The notes beneath the pieces were generated by a model. It ran no database searches, was not told where the DNA came from, and saw nothing but the letters and a program-made list of their open reading frames with translations. A stretch of 37,368 nt of DNA from the IMG/VR virus record IMGVR_UViG_2537561825_000012; one strand, given 5' to 3'. Source of the DNA: a virus (taxonomy: Duplodnaviria > Heunggongvirae > Uroviricota > Caudoviricetes). A program made the translations under genes and the position numbers. This document shows, piece by piece, positions 1 to 8,341 of the stretch; position 1 is the first letter of the stretch, and each line of letters starts with the position of its first letter.

Positions 1-225
1 GTGGAGAATAAGCTGCACTGGCGTCTGGACGTGGTAATGAATGAAGACGACTGCAAAATAAGAAGAGGAAACGCCGCAGAATTATTTTCAGGGATACGGC
101 ACATCGCTATTAATATTTTGACGAATGATAAGGTATTCAAGGCAGGGTTAAGACGTAAGATGCGAAAAGCAGCTATGGACAGAAACTATCTGGCGTCAGT
201 CCTTGCGGAGAGCGGGCTTTCGTAG
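1..225 (+). CDS. ISAs1-family (H-repeat-associated) transposase, C-terminal fragment truncated by the window edge
   Basis: ORF ending at 225; C-terminal motif [34 protein letters not shown] recalled from ISAs1/H-repeat transposases. Host-side DNA. Confidence 0.55.
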   Translation: MENKLHWRLDVVMNEDDCKIRRGNAAELFSGIRHIAINILTNDKVFKAGLRRKMRKAAMDRNYLASVLAESGLS

Positions 226-266
226 TCTTACCCCGACTCTCCCCCAGCCTTAAACACAACCCCCAC

Positions 267-746
267 TCACCGCAACCTAAACTCATCCGCATCCTGCCAT
301 GCCGGAAACTTTTCTCTATATTCCCGCAATGCCATCATCGACAGCTCCGCATCAATGCGCGTTGCCTGATGCGCGTCGGCAGTAGCGATAATCTCGCCTT
401 GTGGATTAATCACCCGGCTGTCACCGCGATAATGGCAGCCGTTGCCATCGCTGCCGACGCGATTGCATCCCGCCACATACGCCTGATTCTCAATCGCGCG
501 GGCCGTCAGCAATGCCTGCCAGTGCAGAGAGCGCGGAGCAGGCCAGTTGGCGACGTACAGGGCGAGGTCATAATCGTTGAGATTGCGCGACCACACAGGA
601 AAACGTAAGTCGTAGCACACCAGCGGCAAAATACGCCAGCCGCGCCATTCCACAATCACTCGCGCATTGCCCGCTTTATAATGTAGATGCTCATCTGCCA
701 TGCGGAACAGATGACGCTTATCATAAAAATGTACCGTGCCGCCCGG
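267..746 (-). pseudogene. yafV: yafV-like carbon-nitrogen hydrolase (omega-amidase), 3' portion only; 5' part displaced by the prophage
   Basis: Translation carries nitrilase-superfamily motifs (YDKRHLF Lys motif, LPLVCYDLRFP Cys motif) but lacks the N-terminal ~80 aa with the catalytic Glu. The ORF-track start at 794 reads through phage-end sequence. Confidence 0.6.
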
Positions 747-824
747 TGATGCGCCGCGCGATAAATGCACTCTATCTTGTGCGATAAATGGCATCCACGC
801 GGCGTTTCATTATTTGAAAAAGAA
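747..824. mobile_element. Prophage terminus (Mu right-end-like) with repeated putative transposase-binding motifs
   Basis: Starts 5'-TG at 747-748. CGCGATAAATGCAC (757-770) and GCGATAAATGGCAT (781-794) are direct repeats 24 bp apart; CGTTTCAT at 803-810. Resembles the Mu R-end sequence as remembered. Confidence 0.5.
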
Positions 825-1397
825 TTACATTTCAGGTTGCGTTATGACAGTCCCAACAGGGTGATAGCGGTAGATCGTTGACAGTCCAATATCATAGATA
901 ATTGCCAGCCGCTTTCTGTCATACCCTTTCTGGAGCAATCTTGCGATCTGCTCATGCTGCTCCTTCGTCAGTTTCGGGCGACGTCCTCCAACTCTTCCTT
1001 GTGCTCGCGCAGCAGCCAGTCCAGCCAGCGTGCGCTCAACTATCAGTTCACGCTCCATTTCTGCCAGTGCACCCATCATATGAAAAAAGAACCTTCCCAT
1101 CGGAGTGCTGGTATCGATTGAATCCGTCAGACTGCGAAAATTGACACCTTTTGCGCGTAGCTCTTCTGTGAGAGCAATGAGGTGTTTCATTCTTCTACCC
1201 AACCGATCCAGCTTCCAGACCACCAATGTATCCCCTCTTTTAAGGCACTTTAAAGCGCGTTTCAGGCCTGGTCGTTCCGACTTGGTTCCGCTCATTTTGT
1301 CCTCAAAAATCTGTTCACATCCTGCGCACATTAATGCATTGCGTTGCAAATCTGTGTTTTGGTCATTTGTTGACACACGTATGTAGCCAATCAGCAT
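825..1397 (-). CDS. gin: Serine DNA invertase, Gin/Pin/Cin/Hin family
   Basis: N-terminus MLIGYIRVSTNDQNTDLQRNAL from ATG at 1397-1395 with AAGGGAG RBS; ~190 aa. The ORF-track N-terminal extension to 1526 is rejected. Confidence 0.9.
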   Translation of the reverse strand: MLIGYIRVSTNDQNTDLQRNALMCAGCEQIFEDKMSGTKSERPGLKRALKCLKRGDTLVVWKLDRLGRRMKHLIALTEELRAKGVNFRSLTDSIDTSTPMGRFFFHMMGALAEMERELIVERTLAGLAAARAQGRVGGRRPKLTKEQHEQIARLLQKGYDRKRLAIIYDIGLSTIYRYHPVGTVITQPEM

Positions 1398-1451
1398 TAA
1401 AAATACTCCCTTTTGAGTGGTTAAAGTACTGAGATAATGTGGGGAGGATTT

Positions 1452-1477
1452 GAGAGATAAACGTTGGTTTGGGGGAA
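1452..1477. other. gix-like 26-bp recombination site C (inverted relative to sites A and B)
   Basis: GAGAGATAAACGTTGGTTTGGGGGAA; its reverse complement TTCCCCCAAACCAACGTTTATCTCTC aligns with sites A and B; sits about 55 bp upstream of the invertase start. Confidence 0.55.
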
Positions 1478-1930
1478 GGCTCTGCATTGCCTGTTGGTGT
1501 ACCGGTTCCATGGCCCACCGCCACACCGCCAGCAGGCTGGTTACAGTGCAACGGAGCTACGTTCACCAAAGAACAATATCCTGTTCTGGCCAGAGTCTAC
1601 CCGACCCTCCGTCTTCCCGATTTGCGCGGTGAGTTTATCCGTGGATGGGACGGTGGTCGCAAGGTTGATACCGGGCGTGCGCTACTTTCATTTCAGGAAG
1701 GGACTATCGTATCCGGTTTTGATGATAATGATACCGGAGATATCAGTTCGCTCGGCTCTACACAATACGGATTTGGTGACGCTTTAACCTCTAATCAACT
1801 GGGGGTCTTAAATGGCAAAAAGTGGATATTTGATGCATCCTCTAAAGGTGCACAAAGATATGACTGGTGGGCTTATGTATCAGCTCGCCCCCGCAATATC
1901 GCATTTAACTATATCGTGAGGGCGGCGTGA
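1469..1930 (+). CDS. Silent alternative tail-fibre C-terminal cassette (Sv3), inverted relative to the expressed fibre gene
   Basis: Shares the conserved LGEGSALPVGVPVPWPTATPPAGW...RGEFIRGWD.GRKVDTGR block and C-terminal RPRNIAFNYIVRAA with the other two cassettes; no promoter or constant part on this strand. Confidence 0.7.
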   Translation: MGEGSALPVGVPVPWPTATPPAGWLQCNGATFTKEQYPVLARVYPTLRLPDLRGEFIRGWDGGRKVDTGRALLSFQEGTIVSGFDDNDTGDISSLGSTQYGFGDALTSNQLGVLNGKKWIFDASSKGAQRYDWWAYVSARPRNIAFNYIVRAA

Positions 1931-1936
1931 TACCGT

Positions 1937-2551
1937 TCAGCCGGCAAGCGCCAGTGGCGCTTCCGGCCAGCTGATTTCAGGTGCCTTGCTGATATCCAGT
2001 GCGTTCAGCTCGTCGATATAATCCAGCACGGCGTTCAGTTTTGCCGTTTCTTCTGGTTTCAGACTGCGACCAGCACGCAGTTTGAGGTTGATAAGATCGA
2101 CGGACGCCATCGCCTGTTTCACCCGTTGCTGGCGTTGCTGTCTGGCAACCTCCAGTTCTGCGGCTCGCTGCCGTTCAGTATCGGTTACCCACGCCTCACC
2201 GTTCCAGGTATCCCATGGCGTGGCTGGCTGTTTTGTGGTGGTGTCCGCCGGGTAATCACCCGGTTGGGTAATCAGAACGGGGTTACCGTTCTCCGTGCTG
2301 TATACCGTCTCGCCGCGGTGATCAGGCACATGCTCCCACCCGTTCAGCGTGGCAGTCCGGCAAACCACGTAACCCGAAATTGCTTCCGGCGGTGCATCGG
2401 CGCACGAATGTGCCGGAGTACCCACCCCAAGGGCGAGATACTCCACAGAGGATGAGGTGTATTCCCGGGTTTCCTCGTCATAGTGATATACAGTGATATC
2501 GCCCGCTACAGTGGCGATACCGTTTTCATCCAGAACTGCAGTGTTACTCAT
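1937..2551 (-). CDS. Tail fibre assembly protein (Tfa; Mu U / P2 gpG-like)
   Basis: 204 aa, position immediately after a fibre cassette; start overlaps the Sv2 stop (TAATG) with a GAGGG RBS. Confidence 0.75.
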   Translation of the reverse strand: MSNTAVLDENGIATVAGDITVYHYDEETREYTSSSVEYLALGVGTPAHSCADAPPEAISGYVVCRTATLNGWEHVPDHRGETVYSTENGNPVLITQPGDYPADTTTKQPATPWDTWNGEAWVTDTERQRAAELEVARQQRQQRVKQAMASVDLINLKLRAGRSLKPEETAKLNAVLDYIDELNALDISKAPEISWPEAPLALAG

Positions 2552-3033
2552 TAAACTGCCCTCACAATGTAATTAAGTGCAATGCTACGGGGTCTGACAG
2601 TGATACCCTTCGCATACCCGCTTCTGATAGAGGTCAGAATAGTAGCCTGCATACCATTGTCTGACATTGCCACGACAGGATCGCTGAATGTTGTCCCGTC
2701 CGGCATTTTAAAGCTGCCCTCACGAAGGTCTGTAATGGAATCTTCATTGTTGAATCCCATGCCGACTATCCCCGAGGTTCCCGTAGTGTCCTGGTTATAA
2801 TAATCCAGCATTGCTGTTCTTAACAGCGTTGCCCCTTGTGCGGACAGCAACTTACGTCCTGTATCAACTTTGCGCCCGTCGTCCCATCCACGGATAAACT
2901 CACCGCGTAAATCGGGAAGACGGAGGGTCGGGTAGACTCTGGCCAGAACAGGATATTGTTCTTTTGTAAAGGCGCGCCCGTCGCACTTTAACCAGCCTGC
3001 TGGCGGTGTGGCGGTGGGCCACGGAACAGGCAC
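2551..3033 (-). CDS. Silent alternative tail-fibre C-terminal cassette (Sv2), same orientation as the expressed gene but out of frame with it
   Basis: Begins inside the conserved repeat block; frame differs from the upstream fibre ORF (whose stop lies at 3074-3076), so it is not read-through product. Confidence 0.65.
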   Translation of the reverse strand: MPVPWPTATPPAGWLKCDGRAFTKEQYPVLARVYPTLRLPDLRGEFIRGWDDGRKVDTGRKLLSAQGATLLRTAMLDYYNQDTTGTSGIVGMGFNNEDSITDLREGSFKMPDGTTFSDPVVAMSDNGMQATILTSIRSGYAKGITVRPRSIALNYIVRAV

Positions 3034-3054
3034 ACCAACGGGTAGCGCCGAGCC

Positions 3055-3080
3055 TTCTCCTAAACCAACGTTTCTATGCC
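3055..3080. other. gix-like recombination site B (direct relative to site A)
   Basis: TTCTCCTAAACCAACGTTTCTATGCC at the upstream edge of the second copy of the ~190-bp conserved block. Confidence 0.5.
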
Positions 3081-4327
3081 GCCCTTACGATGTAATTAAA
3101 CGCAATGTTACGGGGACGAATGGTCACATAATTAACCCCATCGCCTCGCGAAGGACCTGCAAATGAAAAACGGGAGAATCCAGGTTGGTTGTCAAGGATT
3201 TGGTCATAGTTATTGATTGAATGACCAGACCCAATGTCAAAATTACCTGCGTAATGAGAAAAACTTGTACCATCCTGCCGTGAAAGCAGATCGCGCCCTG
3301 TATCCACTTTTCGCCCGTCGTCCCATCCACGGATAAACTCACCGCGCAAATCGGGAAGACGGAGGGTCGGGTAGACTCTGGCCAGAACAGGATATTGTTC
3401 TTTTGTAAAGGCGCGCCCGTCGCACTTTAACCAGCCTGCTGGCGGTGTGGCAGTGGGCCACGGAACAGGTACACCAACGGGCAGCGCCGAGCCTTCCCCC
3501 AAACCAAGGTAATTGAGGACATCTTTTATACTGCCCTTAGCGATAATAGCGCGACCAATAGCTGTAAGGGTTGCCAGCTCTGCGCGGTCTGCTCCGGTAA
3601 AATAAGGCAACCGATCTGCTGCAGTGGCAAGTCCTGCCAGAGCAGTGAGCGTGGCATCTGCCGGTTGTTTTCCGTTTGCCAGATCGTATGCAGCCTTGAC
3701 CGCTTTCGGTGTGGCGGCCAGTATTTCAGACGTGCTGTTGATGGCACTGCTCAATTGTACGGTGCCTTTTGCCGTCAGCGAGGCAGCAGGCACTCCCGTT
3801 ATCTGACTCCACGGGTGAGTGTGGCTGACGGGCGCCTTGCCGGCTGCAAGGTCGTATGCAGCCTTGACCGCCTTCGGCGTGGCAGCCTCAGTTTCTGATT
3901 GACTGTCCGTGGCGCTGCTCAGTTGTACGGTGCCTTTTGCCGTCAGCGAGGCAGCAGGCACTCCCGTTATCTGACTCCACGGGTGAGTATGGCTGACGGG
4001 GGCCTTGCCGGCAGCCAGGTCATATGCAGCCTTGACGGCCTTTGGTGTGGCGGCCAGCGTTTCAGAGGTGCTGTTGGTGGCACTGCTCAGTTGGGTGAAC
4101 CCCTTAGCTGTCAGTGTCGCGTCCGGGTGGTTACGGGAACGTACGTGTTCAGCCAGTGACTGTGCGGCTTCCTCCGTTTTTTTCTTCAGCCATTTCGTCC
4201 TGTTTGCCAGTTGCCGGGGGGCTCGATTTGATATCCCGTCTGCACCACCCAGAACCGGATCTGATGTCTCCAGTTGATAGATATTTTCTTCCCACTTTTC
4301 TGTTTCATTCAGGTTTCCCATAATCAA
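3074..4327 (-). CDS. Tail fibre protein (constant part Sc fused to cassette Sv1 in the present orientation)
   Basis: 417 aa; three tandem 56-aa repeats (TAKG..QLSSA.....AATPKAVKAAYDLA.GK); C-terminus carries the conserved cassette block. Confidence 0.85.
   Translation of the reverse strand: MIMGNLNETEKWEENIYQLETSDPVLGGADGISNRAPRQLANRTKWLKKKTEEAAQSLAEHVRSRNHPDATLTAKGFTQLSSATNSTSETLAATPKAVKAAYDLAAGKAPVSHTHPWSQITGVPAASLTAKGTVQLSSATDSQSETEAATPKAVKAAYDLAAGKAPVSHTHPWSQITGVPAASLTAKGTVQLSSAINSTSEILAATPKAVKAAYDLANGKQPADATLTALAGLATAADRLPYFTGADRAELATLTAIGRAIIAKGSIKDVLNYLGLGEGSALPVGVPVPWPTATPPAGWLKCDGRAFTKEQYPVLARVYPTLRLPDLRGEFIRGWDDGRKVDTGRDLLSRQDGTSFSHYAGNFDIGSGHSINNYDQILDNQPGFSRFSFAGPSRGDGVNYVTIRPRNIAFNYIVRAA
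3494..3519. other. gix-like recombination site A at the Sc/Sv junction
   Basis: TTCCCCCAAACCAAGGTAATTGAGGA; homology between cassettes begins immediately downstream (transcript sense) of this site. Confidence 0.55.
3640..4111. repeat. Tandem 168-bp coding repeat, about 2.8 copies, inside the tail fibre gene
   Basis: GTCGTATGCAGCCTTGACCGCC-type segments recur at 3683, 3851 and 4019 (period 168 bp = 56 aa). Confidence 0.8.
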
Positions 4328-4902
4328 CTGCTCCCGTGGTTATAACTGCCATCATGGATGGCGGTATTGTTATAGCGAATGGCCACAGACTGATACTCCA
4401 GGCTGGCCAGATGGCAGCGGGCCGGTGCAAATGCAGCGAGCGTCTGACGCAGCATCGCGGCCTGATCGTTAGTAATGGGCTGTTTCAGAATAACGCGATA
4501 AACTGCCCAGGCGGCTGCATCTCCATGAACAAACAGTCCGTTATAGCTGCGATTGCCGTCGTAACTGAGACGACCTGTGCCTTCAATCAGATCCACTTCA
4601 CCAAAGCCAAAACGGCGGATAACTTCCCGGATTGACCACGGCGTCCCTTTATACCGGTGCAGTTCGATGGCTGCTTTTATAAGCATGCGGCGAACATCGT
4701 CCGATTCCGCCAGCTCCCAGCCATCGCCAGACAGTGAGAACTGCTCGCCCAGCCATGGCAGCGCGGAACTGTCGACGATATCGACGAGAAAGACCATCAG
4801 TACGCTCAGGTCGATGTTATCCAGCCGTCCTGCCAGTCTTCCCAGCGTCCTGAGACTGATATCACCCTCAAGCGGTGGCGGGAGTTGTAATGGCTCAGTC
4901 AT
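4324..4902 (-). CDS. Tail protein (P2 gpI-like / Mu gp48-like baseplate component)
   Basis: 192 aa ORF directly upstream of the fibre gene in a P2-type V-W-J-I-H-G order. Confidence 0.7.
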   Translation of the reverse strand: MTEPLQLPPPLEGDISLRTLGRLAGRLDNIDLSVLMVFLVDIVDSSALPWLGEQFSLSGDGWELAESDDVRRMLIKAAIELHRYKGTPWSIREVIRRFGFGEVDLIEGTGRLSYDGNRSYNGLFVHGDAAAWAVYRVILKQPITNDQAAMLRQTLAAFAPARCHLASLEYQSVAIRYNNTAIHDGSYNHGSS

Positions 4903-5998
4903 CAGACACTCCAGTCATGTTAAGAGTGATTGCCGTACAGTTTGCCCATTCGTTTTCTGCCACCCCCCGCAGTGCCGGTGTCACCAGTTCAACCTGGTAC
5001 ACCCCGGAAACGGACAATGCACTGATAATCTGGCTGGGGACAATATCGCGCCCCAGCGTGGCGGCACGTGATGCCACCCAGTTCTGTATGGCGCTGTTAG
5101 CGGCATCTTTTACAGACCTGGCATCCTGATCACGATAGATCGTAATCTTGGCTTCAATGGTGTAATCCACCTTCACTGGTGTTTTAGCCCGCACTGTATC
5201 AGTGAGTGGCCTGACTTTCTCATCAGAGCAGAAACTCTCTACCAGCGTGAGAACACCGCCGTCCGGCAGACCGGTACTGAGCAGCGGATACAGATCTACG
5301 GTCCCGGGAACCGGGGAAAGCACAGCAACATCGACAATGTTGGGATGGGCCTGCATGGCATGAAAGCGGTATGCGCCACGGCTTCCGGCATTGGTGAATG
5401 ACTCCGGGGCCAGCCTGATACGCTCCCGGAGCCTGTCATCGTCTTCCTGTTCTGAACCGCCGGAACTGGCCGTCAGATTGCTCACCAGCAGGTCGACGTT
5501 ATCAATCTCATCGAGTAACTGACTGCCCTGCGCAGGTTGCCAGCCGTTACCAGCGGTACCGGGTTCGGTACAGGTGGACGTGACATTGACCAGCAGCAAT
5601 CCGGCCTTCAGTACCACATCTGTATCGGTGGCAAAAATAACGCTGTCGGAAGCGCTGACGCGGGTGCCTGCCGGGATCAGCACATCAATGGCCAGTGCCT
5701 CATCTACGGAGAACTGGAGCGTGGTAGTGGCAGGCTGCGCGGCAAGACGGTATACACCGACCAGTTCACCGAGGTAATCAATCATCGGCTCACGGGCAAA
5801 GGCGACCAGATTCTGCTTTGCTGCCTCCTGTACCGCAACCCTGACCAGCATTTCGCGATAGGCCCACAGATCAATCAGCAGACGTTCTGCCTGTGCCGGG
5901 TACAGCGTTTTGCCGGTATCCGCTTCATACTTCGCAATCATTTCTGCCGTGATTTTGTCGGCATCGCGTTCAATAAAATCGGGTTCTGTCAGCGCCAT
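4895..5998 (-). CDS. Baseplate J-like protein (P2 gpJ / Mu gp47-like)
   Basis: 367 aa; position and size in baseplate cluster. Confidence 0.75.
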   Translation of the reverse strand: MALTEPDFIERDADKITAEMIAKYEADTGKTLYPAQAERLLIDLWAYREMLVRVAVQEAAKQNLVAFAREPMIDYLGELVGVYRLAAQPATTTLQFSVDEALAIDVLIPAGTRVSASDSVIFATDTDVVLKAGLLLVNVTSTCTEPGTAGNGWQPAQGSQLLDEIDNVDLLVSNLTASSGGSEQEDDDRLRERIRLAPESFTNAGSRGAYRFHAMQAHPNIVDVAVLSPVPGTVDLYPLLSTGLPDGGVLTLVESFCSDEKVRPLTDTVRAKTPVKVDYTIEAKITIYRDQDARSVKDAANSAIQNWVASRAATLGRDIVPSQIISALSVSGVYQVELVTPALRGVAENEWANCTAITLNMTGVSDD

Positions 5999-6336
5999 AG
6001 CAGCTCCTGAGTCCGGGTCTGTCCGTCTGAGCCTTTCCAGCTCACCCGGAGCGTAAGATGTTCGCCGTCGACGGCGGGTTTAACTGACATAAGCTGGCAG
6101 CGGGGCTCCCAGCGCCGGATGGCATCGACGGATTCGCGCACCACATGCGGAATGGCCCGGTCTACAGGCCAGTCGATATAAAGATGCAGATTGCTGCCGA
6201 ACTCCGGGCGATGCGGGTCGCTGCCGCGGGGAGTCCGCAGGATAATTTGAATCGCCTGCCGGATATCATCCAGCCCCCGGACAATTTCGCCGGGAGCCTG
6301 CAGGGTCGGTTGCCAGAATACTGAGGTTGTTTTCAT
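5989..6336 (-). CDS. Baseplate wedge protein (P2 gpW / T4 gp25-like)
   Basis: 115 aa, same length as P2 gpW; position between V and J homologues. Confidence 0.7.
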   Translation of the reverse strand: MKTTSVFWQPTLQAPGEIVRGLDDIRQAIQIILRTPRGSDPHRPEFGSNLHLYIDWPVDRAIPHVVRESVDAIRRWEPRCQLMSVKPAVDGEHLTLRVSWKGSDGQTRTQELLWR

Positions 6337-6390
6337 GGGGGCAGTATTGCCCCCGTGCGGGAACGCTGATATTAAAGGCGTTTAAAAAGC

Positions 6391-6987
6391 TCAGTGGGAG
6401 TGGTGGCTGGAGTTTTCGCCATCAGACAACATACTGCCCGTGGCATGGGCATTCCCTTTAATCTCGATATTGCCATGGATGGTCGCGGTAACACCTTCAC
6501 CACCAGAACCCGCCATGCCTCCTTCGTAAATCAGCTTACCCCTGACACGCAGATCTCCGGTAAGTTCGGTTTCCGGTGCGTCAATCGTGGCTTTCTGTGT
6601 TTTCAATACCACATCAGCACCACACTCAATGACAATATGCTCAATGCCGCCCCGGATGGTCAGAGTGTGCGTCTTCCGGTTGTAGCTGTACTCTGCACCA
6701 TCAGCAAACCGGGTTCCCCGGATATTTTTGTCACTGAACGGTGGTTTATCGACGTCTGAATACACCGCGCCCAGAATAACACCATCCTCGCCGTTGGCAT
6801 CGAGCAGCACCTCAACCTGCTCCCCCACGTCAGGGAGCCAGTAATCTTTGTTATCCTGGGTATTGCGCTGCAGCACGTTAAGCCAGTTTGTGCGCAGGTT
6901 ATCGCATTCAGGCAGACGAACGCGGGCCTGAACCCTGTCGGCATCAACGGCACTGACCGTACCGACCTGACGAGTGACACCAGTCAT
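6391..6987 (-). CDS. Baseplate spike/assembly protein V-like (Mu gp45-like)
   Basis: 198 aa; position after the gpD-like gene. Confidence 0.7.
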   Translation of the reverse strand: MTGVTRQVGTVSAVDADRVQARVRLPECDNLRTNWLNVLQRNTQDNKDYWLPDVGEQVEVLLDANGEDGVILGAVYSDVDKPPFSDKNIRGTRFADGAEYSYNRKTHTLTIRGGIEHIVIECGADVVLKTQKATIDAPETELTGDLRVRGKLIYEGGMAGSGGEGVTATIHGNIEIKGNAHATGSMLSDGENSSHHSH

Positions 6988-8138
6988 TTTTTCTTCTCCT
7001 TAATCACCGTCGATGTACTGCCATCCGGGTGATAAACCGTGAGTTTCTGAGTTTTTTGTTTTTTCCCTCTTGTGACTGGCCCCCGTGCCACTTCCAGCTC
7101 TGTGGTGTAGCCGCTGTTACGGTCAAACGCATGGCGGGCAGTGGTTATGAGCCATGGCCCGGATAACTGCCCAAAACCCACCAGTTCAATTTTGTTGCCT
7201 GCTGTCAGTTGAGGTGTTCCCGTCAGCGTCAGGGAGCCGTTCTGCTGGTATTCGTTATGTCTGGCCAGTGCTGAATCCGCTTTAATCCGGGCACTGTCCG
7301 GGTCGCTGACGCGGCTGTTAACTTTAAGTGAGTCAGCGCTGGTAACCTTACCACCTTTGAGCTTTTTGTCGCTTTCACGGGTACCACCATCAGCTTCGTA
7401 GACGATCAGTTTTTTACTGCTGCTTTTCTGGTGTTTTACCTTTGCAGATTTATAGACCCGGTTGATGGTGTCACGCAGGGAAAAGCGGGCCACATCCTGC
7501 GGTTTTAACTGCCTGACCGGCTCCTGACTGCGCAGTGTGGCCAGATGAGAAAAAATCAGCTGGTCACTGACCACTTTCACTGCATAACCATACTCGCTGG
7601 CCAGCCGGCGCAGAAAACCCACGTCGGTTTCAGCATACTGGGTCACCCGGTCGATTCTGATGGACTCAATGCTGCCCACCAGTTTCAGTCGGTGCTTTCT
7701 GGCAATCCGCCCCGCAACAGCTGCCAGCGTGGTGTTCTCAAAACCACGACTGGTTTTAGTCCGCAGGGCACTGTTAACCGAGGTGGCCACCCCACGGATA
7801 GAAACAACGGAAGCGGGCGAACTCACTTCGATCTCGTCTATAGAGAACGTACCGCAGGACAGCAGCTTCTCGCCCTGATAGCCCATTTTCAGCGTCAGCG
7901 TGTCACCCTTGCCCGGATACCATTTATCCAGCCAGCGGCCATCGGTGTCGTCCAGCTCCACCTCAATGGTATCGGACTCATTTTTGATGTTATCGCTCCA
8001 GGTCACACGGGTGACATAAGGCGCGATATCAGAGGTGATGTTTTTCTGCAGATACCACAAAGTGAACACCGGTGTCAGCACATCGCTGACGCCGGTTAAC
8101 GCTGATGTGACTTGCGCAGTGCTGTTTATCTCAGCCAT
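6984..8138 (-). CDS. Baseplate hub / late control D-like protein (P2 gpD, Mu gp44 P-like)
   Basis: 384 aa, size and position match gpD-type proteins. Confidence 0.7.
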   Translation of the reverse strand: MAEINSTAQVTSALTGVSDVLTPVFTLWYLQKNITSDIAPYVTRVTWSDNIKNESDTIEVELDDTDGRWLDKWYPGKGDTLTLKMGYQGEKLLSCGTFSIDEIEVSSPASVVSIRGVATSVNSALRTKTSRGFENTTLAAVAGRIARKHRLKLVGSIESIRIDRVTQYAETDVGFLRRLASEYGYAVKVVSDQLIFSHLATLRSQEPVRQLKPQDVARFSLRDTINRVYKSAKVKHQKSSSKKLIVYEADGGTRESDKKLKGGKVTSADSLKVNSRVSDPDSARIKADSALARHNEYQQNGSLTLTGTPQLTAGNKIELVGFGQLSGPWLITTARHAFDRNSGYTTELEVARGPVTRGKKQKTQKLTVYHPDGSTSTVIKEKKK

Positions 8139-8341
8139 GGGGCAATATCCTCTTCTGTACGGGCTTCTTCAGCCTCAATCACCGGGATCAGTAACAACAG
8201 CCCGGAGGGCAGCACCGGCGTGATGGCCACGTGCGGATTGGCGGCAATAATCCGGGGATAGCCCAGCGGGTCACCGTAGTACTGCCATGCCAGCGAATCC
8301 CAGCGCTCTCCGTCACGGGTAACATGTTCAAGAAACATCAC
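8126..8341 (-). CDS. Tail protein X-like (small LysM-like)
   Basis: 71 aa with W..YYG...........ANP pattern recalled from P2 gpX. Confidence 0.55.
   Translation of the reverse strand: MMFLEHVTRDGERWDSLAWQYYGDPLGYPRIIAANPHVAITPVLPSGLLLLIPVIEAEEARTEEDIAPWLR

Noticed and set aside
794-794. ORF-track start of the yafV-like ORF at 794
   Set aside because: The first ~16 codons are encoded by phage-end sequence and do not fit the hydrolase; the true gene is truncated at about 746.
1363-1569. Extended N-terminus of the invertase ORF (to 1526) and the overlapping 68-aa ORF
   Set aside because: The invertase family N-terminus MLIGYIRVSTNDQ begins at the internal ATG 1397 with a good RBS; upstream sequence is the recombination-site and promoter region.
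3640-4111. Repeat array considered as a possible CRISPR-like array
   Set aside because: Units are 168-bp, contiguous, in-frame and coding, with no spacer structure and no cas genes; these are protein tandem repeats.
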